From assembly GCA_045643285.1 (NCBI GenBank), contig JAZUKN010000014.1:7772-71771 (forward strand): a DNA stretch of 64,000 nucleotides. Reading direction: 5' to 3'. Under the pieces are notes generated by a model, which was given only the letters and a program-made list of their open reading frames with translations, did no database searches and had not been told where the DNA came from. Below, piece after piece: positions 35,501-41,992 of this stretch. The number at the start of each line of letters is the position of its first letter. The first letter of the stretch is position 1. Origin of the DNA: Eubacteriales bacterium. Lineage in GTDB: Bacteria; Bacillota; Clostridia; Oscillospirales; CAG-272. The translations under genes were made by a program, and so were the position numbers.

Positions 35501-38481
35501 CGGAACAGCTCGACGACGGTCTTTTTGTCTTCGTACGGGTATTCCGTTTTGTTGAACAAGTCGATAAGCGCGCGGTTTTCGCCGTCGCAGAGCGGAATAT
35601 CGCCGAGCGAGGACGACGAGAGCATCCCTTTCACGACACCGAGGAACATATTGCAGAACGAACGCACGAGCGACTCGGAGTAGAGCTTCCTGCGGTAATG
35701 CGCCGACAGCTCGTAGCCGTCGGACGTTTTCATCAGCATAACGTCGATGTCGCACTGCAAGTCTCCCGTTTCGAGCATTTCCACGCCGATCCGTCCGTCT
35801 TCGACAGGTGCGCCGTTAAACAGCTCTGCCTGATATATGAACATCGTCTCAGTTCCCACGCCGTATTTTGATGCGAGCGTGCCGAAGTCGATCATGTCGT
35901 GACTCATCGCGCGGTAGAATTTGTCCTGAACGGACGGCAGACAGTCGGATACCGATTCGCTTCCCGTGAAATTGAAGTAAAGCGGCAAGGTCTTCACGAA
36001 CATACCGACGGAGCCTGACAGCCGCGCGTCGTGTCTGCCGTTGTCGACGGTGCAGAAGAGCGCGTCGTCCGTTCCGTTGAATCTGGACAGCGCATAAGCG
36101 AACGCGCCGAGGAAAAGCGTGTTTTCGGTTATCCTGTTCGCTCTTGTGAACGATCTTACTTCGTCGGATGTGAATATCCCGTCACTTGACAGACCAACAC
36201 TTCCGATGCCGTCTGGCGTTTCTTCCGTCACAACGTCGGAGATTATCCGTGAATCGCAGTCGATACCTGCGAGCATTTCGTCAAAGAATTTTTCAGCCGC
36301 GCGGTATGCGTCCGTTTCTTCGCATTCTGCGTCGAGCGCGGAAACATCAAACTGCGTGAGTTCTTCCGGTTTAGGCGCGCATCCCGAATAAACGTCGGCT
36401 ATCTGTTTAATCAGTGCTTCTGCCGACGTGCCGTCGAAAATGATGTGGTGAATGTCGAAAAGCAGAGCCTTGCTCTCTCCGTCCGTGATGACTTCAAACC
36501 GGTAAAGCGGACCGTGTTCAAGATCGAACGGGCGCACGAACGATTTTACTTCGTCTTCAATTGAGCGGACGTTTTTGACTTCCACTTCTACGGAAGTTTT
36601 TTTGTAAATCATCGCCGGTGTGCCGTCAGGTGTACAGACTGTGACGAAGAACGCTTCGTGATTCTCCGCGGCAGTCTTTACGGCGTAGGCGAATCTGTCT
36701 ACGTCTACCGAAGACGGCAGGCGGCAGAGCATAGGGATGTTGTACATCGTCGAATCGGGGTTTTCGGCACATTCGAGGTAAACGCCTTTCTGCGCCTTTG
36801 AGAGCGGCGTTACTTCGGGAATCGTTTCGCTGTGCCGAGCCTTAAGACCGAACGATCCGGAGAGCATATCGGCGACTGCGTGCGGCGTTTTTCCGGCAAG
36901 AACGGTGCTCGGCTCAAGTTCGTCTATCTCTGCGGCGGCGATGAGCTTCAATACCTTTATCGAATCTCCGCCGAGCGCGAAGAAGTCGTCGTAAATACCG
37001 ACTTTTCCGCATTCAAGCACCGCTTCAAATGCCGAACAGAGTTTTTCTTCGCTCTCTGTCGTCGGAGCGGCGTATTCGGCCTTGTAGTCCTCTGCTTTAG
37101 GAGAGGGAAGCGCGGTCTTGTCGAGCTTTCCGCTCAGATTTTTCGGCAGTGCATCCATTTTCACGAAGAAGCGAGGCATCATGTAGTCGGGCAGTTTTGC
37201 CGACAGTGCGGTGCGGACTTCGTTTTCTCTGACCTCCGCGCCATTTTTCAGTGAGTAATACGCGGCGATATACGTCTGTCCCGCGCCGTCTGTAAATGCC
37301 TTGACTGCGGCTGACTCTATCCCGTCGATTCCGCCGATTATAATCTCGATCTCGCCTGTTTCGACGCGCTGACCGTTGATCTTGACCATCCAGTCGCGGC
37401 GGTTGACGAACACGAGATCGCCATTTTCGTTGAAATAGCCGTTGTCGCCCGTGTGAACAGTCGTTGTTCCGTCGGGATTCGGACGCATAGTATAGGCTGT
37501 CTTTTCTTCGTCCTTATAATAGCGCGAATCGAACATACCCGTGATGCAGATCTCTCCCTCTGCACCGTCAGGAAGTGCGTTTCCGTCGTCATCGACTACG
37601 GTGAGCGTGATGCCGTCGAGCGCTTTTCCGAGAGGAGTGTTCGAGTACGTCTTATCCATGACGAATACGGACACAAGGATCGTTTCGCTCATTCCGTAGA
37701 TGTTCAATACGCGGACGTTATCGCGGTACTCGATGTTCGAGAGCCGCTCGCTTCCCGTGATGATGCTGTAGCGTTTGTCCTTTTCAAAGCGGAAGAGCTT
37801 CAATATCTGAGGACTGATAAAGCCCATGTTTATGTCGTTGTCGCGGTAAAATTTTTCGAGCATTACAGCGGACTTTCTCACTTCATCGGGGACGACAAAA
37901 AGCGTCGCTCCGCGAAGATACCACGTCTGGTACTCGAAAATGTGCGCGGCAAAGGAGAACGACGCACACGCCGCCAAGCGGATGTCGTCCACACCGTCGC
38001 CGAAGACAAGCTGTCTCTTTACCGCACGGGCGATGTCGGCTGTGCTTTCAAGTATGCCTTTCGGAGTACCCGTGGAGCCGGAGGTGTATATAAGAATAGC
38101 CGGCTCGCTGCCGTCGGCCGGGTTTTCGTACTGACCGAACGAATCTATATCCGAGAAAAACTCCTCCGTCACCGTCAGCTTTGCGCCGCAGTCGTTTGTT
38201 ATGAAGTTTATTCTTTCCTCGGGATAATCCGGCACAAGCGGAACGATGACCGCACCTGCGCGCAGGATACCGAGATACGCCGCCTGGTATTCGATGACAC
38301 GCGGCATATTTATTGCGACAAAATCACCGTGGCGCACGCCGAGCGAAAAGAGCTTCGCGGCAACCTTTCCCGTCAGTGCGTACAGCTCAGTGTATGTAAG
38401 AGAGTGGGCGCGTCCGTCAACGAGTGCAACCTTGTCGGCGAATTTTCCGACAGCCTCCTTGAAAAGAGAAAAGTAATTCAT
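29512..38481 (-). CDS. Non-ribosomal peptide synthetase, three modules, A-T-C-A-T-C-A-T-R (terminal thioester reductase)
   Basis: 2989 aa single ORF. Three AMP-binding cores (YTSGSTGTPKG, YTSGSTGVPKG, YTSGSTGTPKG). Three carrier sites (GGDSIKV, GLTSIGA, GGTSLSA). Two condensation His motifs (HHIIFDG, HHIISDG). C-terminal SDR with LLTGAVGFLG and YAISK. Confidence 0.92.
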   Translation of the reverse strand: MNYFSLFKEAVGKFADKVALVDGRAHSLTYTELYALTGKVAAKLFSLGVRHGDFVAINMPRVIEYQAAYLGILRAGAVIVPLVPDYPEERINFITNDCGAKLTVTEEFFSDIDSFGQYENPADGSEPAILIYTSGSTGTPKGILESTADIARAVKRQLVFGDGVDDIRLAACASFSFAAHIFEYQTWYLRGATLFVVPDEVRKSAVMLEKFYRDNDINMGFISPQILKLFRFEKDKRYSIITGSERLSNIEYRDNVRVLNIYGMSETILVSVFVMDKTYSNTPLGKALDGITLTVVDDDGNALPDGAEGEICITGMFDSRYYKDEEKTAYTMRPNPDGTTTVHTGDNGYFNENGDLVFVNRRDWMVKINGQRVETGEIEIIIGGIDGIESAAVKAFTDGAGQTYIAAYYSLKNGAEVRENEVRTALSAKLPDYMMPRFFVKMDALPKNLSGKLDKTALPSPKAEDYKAEYAAPTTESEEKLCSAFEAVLECGKVGIYDDFFALGGDSIKVLKLIAAAEIDELEPSTVLAGKTPHAVADMLSGSFGLKARHSETIPEVTPLSKAQKGVYLECAENPDSTMYNIPMLCRLPSSVDVDRFAYAVKTAAENHEAFFVTVCTPDGTPAMIYKKTSVEVEVKNVRSIEDEVKSFVRPFDLEHGPLYRFEVITDGESKALLFDIHHIIFDGTSAEALIKQIADVYSGCAPKPEELTQFDVSALDAECEETDAYRAAEKFFDEMLAGIDCDSRIISDVVTEETPDGIGSVGLSSDGIFTSDEVRSFTRANRITENTLFLGAFAYALSRFNGTDDALFCTVDNGRHDARLSGSVGMFVKTLPLYFNFTGSESVSDCLPSVQDKFYRAMSHDMIDFGTLASKYGVGTETMFIYQAELFNGAPVEDGRIGVEMLETGDLQCDIDVMLMKTSDGYELSAHYRRKLYSESLVRSFCNMFLGVVKGMLSSSSLGDIPLCDGENRALIDLFNKTEYPYEDKKTVVELFREQAAKTPDKICLVYEENRYTYRYIDEITDTIAKYLVKNGIGRKKVVGVLIPRSEYMLICSLAVLKAGGAYLPLDPSYPPERLNLMIGDSRAAAVIYADALDGIITEEYTGQRIPLSSLDSLEESDVTLRDIQLPTPGLHDLFVMIYTSGSTGVPKGVMFEHGNTVVTTEWEKKFYGIGTDSRVAAYASYGFDANVYDMYPAVTSGAELHIISDEIRLDFPALAEYFNKNGITHTVMTMQVGRQFAEMGGLSTLRHLTVAGEKLIPLDVPEGFAFHNAYGPSEGSVITSIFTLDGRYRDVPIGKAVDNLKAYVVGKGGALLPVGAVGELWIAGPHVTRGYLNRPEKTAEAYGTNPFDDCEGYERVYRTGDIVRYMGDGNLQFVGRRDAQVKVRGFRVELTEVEEVVRRFPGVKDATVAAFDDPAGGKFIAAYVVSDGEIDVRALGDFIRAEKPPYMVPAVTMRIDKIPLNQNQKVNRRALPVPERRSSDMTAPENGSQQKIYDIIAEVIGHKAFGIESDIYDAGLTSIGAVKLNVMLSKAFPCVIKIADIKENPTVRLLEKFVSSAEKAEEYEIFPDYPITETQKGIFIECLSNSDSVLYNMPLLIKLDESVDSEKLASAVKTALDAHPYVKTVLFTDNEGNVRAKRNDGAEIEVPVIKCACLPDSSALVKPFNLLGEPLIRAAIYETDGGKYFFTDAHHIISDGTSESIILSDITKAYVGEEVEKETYTGFEAALDEEQARKTDRLARAKEYYDSIFRGADAECLPGKCPETVEKEAGSIKKVCSVDNEKIKKYCREHGVTANSFWNSVFAYVLARFIHREDTVFTTIYNGRSDSRLAGSVTMLVKTVPVYAKINGGDAPEKLIRDTQTELLGNMSNDLLSFAEVSGAYGIRSDIIFVYQGETFAFDSLCGKTAEVIDVAPSVAKSPISMNVYIRAGKPVIVADYRRDMFCRRLVESLISSVDAVAENFMTAEKLSSVSMMSHDAEETYSVLNASDVKTTGKRVHRVIKEQAALHPDRTAVVAAGESLTFGELNSQANAVANSLVSLGVVKDDIVGLVLERTKEVMICEIGLQKSGGAFLPMLPSYPDERIDYCLTNASAKFVITTENIKAAKPDLFADTKPYRTLTVEELLENNNRENPNVDVQPDALAYCIYTSGSTGTPKGVMIEHRNFSNFVETDQLVLRFFTDGKDGGASLAVSSISFDMSLYEIYLALYRGKTVVMATEDEIHNPIALAKLMKDNDVRFMTCTPSFLNNAISVKEFEEAIRGLTTIVSGAEAFPPSLYDSLKKTSSELQIVNGYGPTETSICCSMKELHSGNGITIGRPTGNVRFYVTDTDGNILPPYASGELMICGEGVGRGYVKLPEKTAAAFTELRGLRAYHSGDLVRVNRDAEIEFSGRLDNQVKLRGFRVELDEIEKVICSFGTVKQAKVVVRNNGGEDYLAAFFTASEPTDIDALTEHLKERLTYYMVPAVIMQLDAIPLTPNGKIDKKALPETANIKKKSADKRGRRAAKKSLEERLCEIFSSVLSLDEVYADDNFFENGGTSLSASKVTMMLMSDGIDVKYGDIFDNPTPEMLAGFIEERDGKAKKAKQDDDSADGNISSKTRDALKYNTVKYAADVKREPLGNVLLTGAVGFLGIHVLEELIKSEKGHIYCLVRRGEYDSPLARLKTMLIYYFSDAFEDALRDRITLIEADITDSSLGDTLADVPFDTVINCAACVKHFSDSDILKRINVGGVKNLISICEKRGARLVQISTVSVPGIHTVESYEKQIRMHENELFVIDDMDNKYAISKYNAELCMFEAIERGMRGRVIRVGNLMGRHRDGEFQANLETNMFLSGIRGFSVMGKYPISHMTDPMRFSPVDCTARAVVLLAGVDDRFTAFNADNRYGFDEMKIIDACNRNGITIIAEQDDVYYDEFRKKLGDDRFNAKLGGLAAYDIKDAHAVDCDNRFTTNVLYRIGFSWPLVDDAYLDRAINSIMTLDYFDINELGDEQ
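29515..30640 (-). other. NRPS terminal thioester reductase (R/TD, SDR fold)
   Basis: NAD(P)H-binding LLTGAVGFLGIHVLEEL and YAISKYNAE (YxxxK). About 375 aa at the C-terminus. No thioesterase domain. Confidence 0.8.
30760..30960 (-). other. NRPS carrier domain T3 (Ser codon 30862-30864)
   Basis: NFFENGGTSLSASKV. Confidence 0.7.
31020..32500 (-). other. NRPS adenylation domain A3 (FDMSLYE, Asp235 present)
   Basis: AMP-binding core motifs and NGYGPTE. A10 region PLTPNGKIDKKALP maps to 31021-31070. Confidence 0.7.
32500..33775 (-). other. NRPS condensation domain C2
   Basis: HHIISDG maps to 33388-33408. Confidence 0.7.
33800..34010 (-). other. NRPS carrier domain T2 (Ser codon 33922-33924)
   Basis: IYDAGLTSIGAVKLN. 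Confidence 0.7.
34055..35545 (-). other. NRPS adenylation domain A2 (FDANVYD, Asp235 present)
   Basis: AMP-binding core motifs and NAYGPSE. A10 region IPLNQNQKVNRRALP maps to about 34060-34110. Confidence 0.7.
35560..36815 (-). other. NRPS condensation domain C1
   Basis: HHIIFDG maps to about 36431-36455. Boundaries approximate. Confidence 0.7.
36830..37040 (-). other. NRPS carrier domain T1 (Ser codon 36961-36963)
   Basis: DDFFALGGDSIKVLKL. Boundaries approximate. Confidence 0.75.
37100..38481 (-). other. NRPS adenylation domain A1 (starter; Asp235 position is Ala)
   Basis: A3 motif maps to about 38058-38092 and the A10 Lys region (PKNLSGKLDK) to about 37100-37150. The A4 region reads SFAAHIFE where A2 has GFDANVYD. 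Boundaries approximate. Confidence 0.75.
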
Positions 38482-38517
38482 ATATATACATCCTTTCGGC
38501 TATATTCTTCCGTATAT

Positions 38518-38546
38518 ATTATAACACCTGAATGAGGTTTTGTCCA
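38518..38546 (-). promoter_or_regulatory. Promoter TGGACA-17-TATAAT with extended -10 TG (NRPS operon)
   Basis: Minus strand reads tggacaaaacctcattcaggtgttataat, about 35 nt upstream of the NRPS ATG (38481). Confidence 0.6.
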
Positions 38547-38570
38547 CAAGGCGAGAGGAATTTCGCCTAA

Positions 38571-38680
38571 GTGATTTATGTGCAAATCGTTCGACGGGAG
38601 ACCGATGGTTTCCCCTGCGGTGAGAAATGATATTATGTGGATATCCGTGAAAAAATATTAAAAACGTCCCCGACGTTTTC
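38571..38680. repeat. Mosaic hairpin repeat, copy 5 (partial: head-type hairpin plus AAAACGTC hairpin)
   Basis: gtgcaaatcgttcgacgggagaccgatggtttcccctgcggtgag and aaaacgtccccgacgtttt (38661-38679), between the NRPS and alaS promoters. Confidence 0.6.
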
Positions 38681-38692
38681 TTCACCAAATAT

Positions 38693-38721
38693 TTGACAAA
38701 TCCGCACGCACGTGCTATAAT
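38693..38721 (+). promoter_or_regulatory. Perfect consensus promoter TTGACA-17-TATAAT (alaS)
   Basis: ttgacaaatccgcacgcacgtgctataat. Leaves a leader of only about 40 nt. Confidence 0.7.
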
Positions 38722-38769
38722 ATCATGTTGTATTATAGCAAAATCTGCTTTATTAAAGGAGCTTTTATT

Positions 38770-41403
38770 ATGCAGTGGACTTCAGTCAATGACCTCAGAG
38801 AAAAGTATCTCTCTTTCTTTGAATCCAAGGGGCATCTTCGCCTCCCGTCTTTCCCGCTCGTTCCGATAAACGACAAATCTCTTCTTCTCATAAACTCCGG
38901 TATGGCTCCGATGAAGAAATTCTTCACTGGTGAAGTCGTTCCGCCGAGAAACCGCGTCACTACCTGCCAGAAGTGCATCCGTACTCCCGACCTTGAGAGA
39001 GTCGGTCACACCGCACGTCACGGCACATTCTTTGAGATGCTCGGTAACTTCTCGTTCGGCGACTACTTCAAGGATCAGGCGATCCCGTGGGCGTGGGAAT
39101 TTCTCACCGAAACGCTCGAGATCCCGGCTGAGCTTCTCTATCCGTCTATCTATCAGGATGACGATGAGGCTTACGAGATCTGGAACAAGAAGATCGGTGT
39201 TCCTGCCGACCATATAGTACGCCTCGGCAAAGAGGACAACTTCTGGGAACACGGCACAGGTCCCTGCGGACCTTGCTCCGAGATATATTTTGACCGCGGC
39301 GAAAAGTACGGCTGCGGCAAGCCCGACTGCAAACCCGGCTGCGACTGCGACAGATTCATGGAGATCTGGAACAACGTCTTCTCGCAGTTCAATAACATGG
39401 GCGACGGCACGTACACCGAGCTTGAACATAAGAATATCGACACCGGTATGGGACTTGAACGTCTCGCGTGCGTAATGCAGGGAGTCGACAATATGTTCGA
39501 GGTCGACGGAGTACGCAAAATACTCGATAAAGTCGTCGAAATCTCCGGCAAGCACTACGGCGCGGACAAGGAAAACGATATCTCAATTCGCGTTATCACA
39601 GACCACGTCAGAGGTGCAACATTCATGATCTCCGACGGCGTTATCCCGTCGAACGAGGGACGCGGCTACGTCCTCCGCAGAATCCTCCGTCGTGCCGCAC
39701 GTCACGGCAAGCTCCTCGGCATCGACCGCCGCTTCCTCACCGAAGTCTGCGACGTCGTTATCGCCGAAAACGTTGCCGGCTACCCCGAACTCGGTGAAAA
39801 AGCCGACTATATCAAGAAAGTAATGTCCATCGAAGAAGATCGCTTCAACGCGACGATCGACGCAGGACTTTCCAAGCTCAGCGAGCTTATCGCATCCGCA
39901 AAGGAAAGCGGCGCGAAGCTCTTGTCCGGCGAGGACACGTTCAAGCTCTACGACACGTTCGGATTCCCTGTTGACCTCACACGCGAGATCGCACAAGAAG
40001 CAGGGCTTGAGCTTGACGACGCACGCTTCACCGAGCTGATGAAGGAACAGCGTGACCGCGCGCGCCAGGCAAGAGCGAACATCTCCGGCTGGGCAGGCAC
40101 GGACAAGACCGCGCTTTCCGCACTTCCGAAGACTGAATTTGTCGGATATACCGAAAATAAGGCTGACGCGAAAGTGCTCGCTATCATCACAGCAGACGAC
40201 GGCTCTATCGAAGAGGTCAGCGAGGGTGAATTCGTTCTCGTGCTTGATAAAACACCGTTCTACGGCGAGAGCGGCGGTCAGACTGGCGACATAGGCTCTG
40301 TAAAGACCGCAGGCGCAACTGTAACAGTTGAAGACACAAAGAAGACCGACGGAATCTTCCTCCACCAGTGCGTCATCACGGGCGGCGCGCTCAAGGTAGG
40401 CGACACGGTAACGGCTGAGATAGACACAGAACACCGCGACGCAACAAGACGTAACCACTCGTCCGCGCATCTTCTCCAGGCTGCACTTCGCAAAGTCCTC
40501 GGCACGCACGTTGAGCAGGCTGGTCAGCTCGTCAACGCAGAGCGCATGAGATTCGACTTCACGCACTTCTCCGCGCTGTCGACGGAAGAGCTGAAGACCG
40601 TCGAAGCACTCGTCAACGACGCAATAATGAGCGCGACACCGATCACGACAGTTGAGACTGATATGGAATCGGCGAAGAAAGCCGGTGCTATGGCACTGTT
40701 CGGCGAAAAGTACGGCGCAGTCGTTCGCATGGTGAAAATGGGCGGATATTCGACTGAGCTTTGCGGCGGTACGCACTGCGCGAATACAGCGGAAATAGGA
40801 CTGTTCAAGATCGTTTCCGAATCGTCCGTAGCCGCAGGTACGAGAAGAATCGAAGCCGTAACGGGCAGAGGCGTTCTTGCACTGATCGACGAAAAGGACG
40901 CTCTTATCGCAGACACCGCAAAGGTGCTGAAAGCAAACAACACCGCGGATATGAGCGCAAGAGCAGCCGCATTACAGGCTGAGATCGCACGTCAGAAGAA
41001 AGAGATAGAAGAGCTTAACCGCAAGATCGCGGCATCGAAGCTCGATTCACTGCTCTCGTCCGCAGTTGACGTAAAGGGCGTGAAGATCATCACGGCAGAC
41101 CTCGGTGCGGCAGGAGTTGATTCCGCTCGCGCACTCTGCGACACAATCAAGGACAAGTACGCTGACACCGTTGCAGTCTTCGCCGTACACGACGAGACAA
41201 AGTTCAATTTCGTTTCCGCCGCAGGCGAGAGCGCTGTAAAAGCTGGCGCACACGCAGGCAAGCTCCTCGGCGCAGTTTCGGCTGTGACGGGCGGCAAGGG
41301 CGGCGGACGTCCCGACAGCGCAACATCGGGCGGCAAGGACGTTGACAAAATTGCAGAAGCACTCGCGCAGGCAAAGATCACTCTCGCGGAACAGCTCGGC
41401 TGA
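38770..41403 (+). CDS. alaS: Alanine--tRNA ligase
   Basis: ORF 38725..41403. ATG 38770 follows AGGAG (MQWTSVNDLREKYLSFFESKGH). Class II motifs and the editing-domain HSSAHLL. Confidence 0.95.
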   Translation: MQWTSVNDLREKYLSFFESKGHLRLPSFPLVPINDKSLLLINSGMAPMKKFFTGEVVPPRNRVTTCQKCIRTPDLERVGHTARHGTFFEMLGNFSFGDYFKDQAIPWAWEFLTETLEIPAELLYPSIYQDDDEAYEIWNKKIGVPADHIVRLGKEDNFWEHGTGPCGPCSEIYFDRGEKYGCGKPDCKPGCDCDRFMEIWNNVFSQFNNMGDGTYTELEHKNIDTGMGLERLACVMQGVDNMFEVDGVRKILDKVVEISGKHYGADKENDISIRVITDHVRGATFMISDGVIPSNEGRGYVLRRILRRAARHGKLLGIDRRFLTEVCDVVIAENVAGYPELGEKADYIKKVMSIEEDRFNATIDAGLSKLSELIASAKESGAKLLSGEDTFKLYDTFGFPVDLTREIAQEAGLELDDARFTELMKEQRDRARQARANISGWAGTDKTALSALPKTEFVGYTENKADAKVLAIITADDGSIEEVSEGEFVLVLDKTPFYGESGGQTGDIGSVKTAGATVTVEDTKKTDGIFLHQCVITGGALKVGDTVTAEIDTEHRDATRRNHSSAHLLQAALRKVLGTHVEQAGQLVNAERMRFDFTHFSALSTEELKTVEALVNDAIMSATPITTVETDMESAKKAGAMALFGEKYGAVVRMVKMGGYSTELCGGTHCANTAEIGLFKIVSESSVAAGTRRIEAVTGRGVLALIDEKDALIADTAKVLKANNTADMSARAAALQAEIARQKKEIEELNRKIAASKLDSLLSSAVDVKGVKIITADLGAAGVDSARALCDTIKDKYADTVAVFAVHDETKFNFVSAAGESAVKAGAHAGKLLGAVSAVTGGKGGGRPDSATSGGKDVDKIAEALAQAKITLAEQLG

Positions 41404-41415
41404 TAAAACAAAAAA

Positions 41416-41445
41416 CCACGGTTCGCAAGAGCCGTGGAATTTTTC
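41416..41445 (+). terminator. Intrinsic terminator of alaS
   Basis: ccacggttc-gcaa-gagccgtgg followed by aattttt. Confidence 0.7.
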
Positions 41446-41454
41446 CTCTGTGAG

Positions 41455-41483
41455 TTGACAAACGTCAACGCTTATGCTATAAT
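41455..41483 (+). promoter_or_regulatory. Perfect consensus promoter TTGACA-17-TATAAT (zinc-ribbon membrane protein)
   Basis: ttgacaaacgtcaacgcttatgctataat. Confidence 0.7.
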
Positions 41484-41519
41484 ATCCGTAACACAATCAA
41501 AAACCTACGGAGGTATTTT

Positions 41520-41942
41520 ATGAGATACAGTCTGCTTCGTGGTTTGATAGAGCTTATAATGACATACGACTATGACAAACCGAGAAAAATGATAATATAC
41601 GCCAAACTGTTTGGTTACACTGCCGCCATGCTGTCAATGCTCGGCGGATGCGTCTTCGGTTTATTCGAGCACTATGTCCTTATGCTTCTGTTTTTATTCC
41701 TCCTGCCTCCGGTGTTTATCTTTATTGCTTTGTTTGTGATCCGTAAGGCGGAGAAAATGATAAAGGAAGAAGAAAAGTACCACACAGATTCTCCTGCTGT
41801 ATTCGACGCACCCGATACAGAACCCGAGCCGGAACCCGAAAAAACGACTGTCGTCTGCCTCGACTGCGGCACAAGACAGCCGTCAGACCGCAAAACGTGC
41901 CTCTCGTGTGGCGCGGAATTGCCACAGACATCAGATGAATAA
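41520..41942 (+). CDS. Small membrane protein with C-terminal zinc-ribbon (CxxC...CxxC)
   Basis: 140 aa, two hydrophobic helices, CLDCGTRQPSDRKTCLSCG. GGAGG RBS and a perfect consensus promoter at 41455-41483. Confidence 0.55.
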   Translation: MRYSLLRGLIELIMTYDYDKPRKMIIYAKLFGYTAAMLSMLGGCVFGLFEHYVLMLLFLFLLPPVFIFIALFVIRKAEKMIKEEEKYHTDSPAVFDAPDTEPEPEPEKTTVVCLDCGTRQPSDRKTCLSCGAELPQTSDE

Positions 41943-41992
41943 AAAATCTGTCGGTTATGTGAGATCGTCTCACATAGCCGACAGGTTTCTTT
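41941..41992. terminator. Bidirectional intrinsic terminator (17-bp stem) between convergent genes
   Basis: aaaaaat-ctgtcggttatgtgaga-tcg-tctcacatagccgacag-gtttcttttt. Confidence 0.8.

Noticed and set aside
29515-38535. Long + strand ORFs inside the NRPS gene (for example 34675..35871 at 398 aa, 37453..38535 at 360 aa, 30172..30690, 30560..31099).
   Set aside because: They are antisense to a continuous 2989-aa ORF with unmistakable NRPS motifs. Their translations are Arg/Val/Phe-rich and low-complexity with no recognisable domains or RBS. This is typical of shadow ORFs in GC-rich coding DNA.
38482-38769. T-box leader or other riboswitch upstream of alaS.
   Set aside because: A perfect promoter at 38693-38721 leaves only a ~40-nt leader, too short for a T-box. 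The structured sequence further upstream belongs to the repeat family and lies between the divergent NRPS and alaS promoters.
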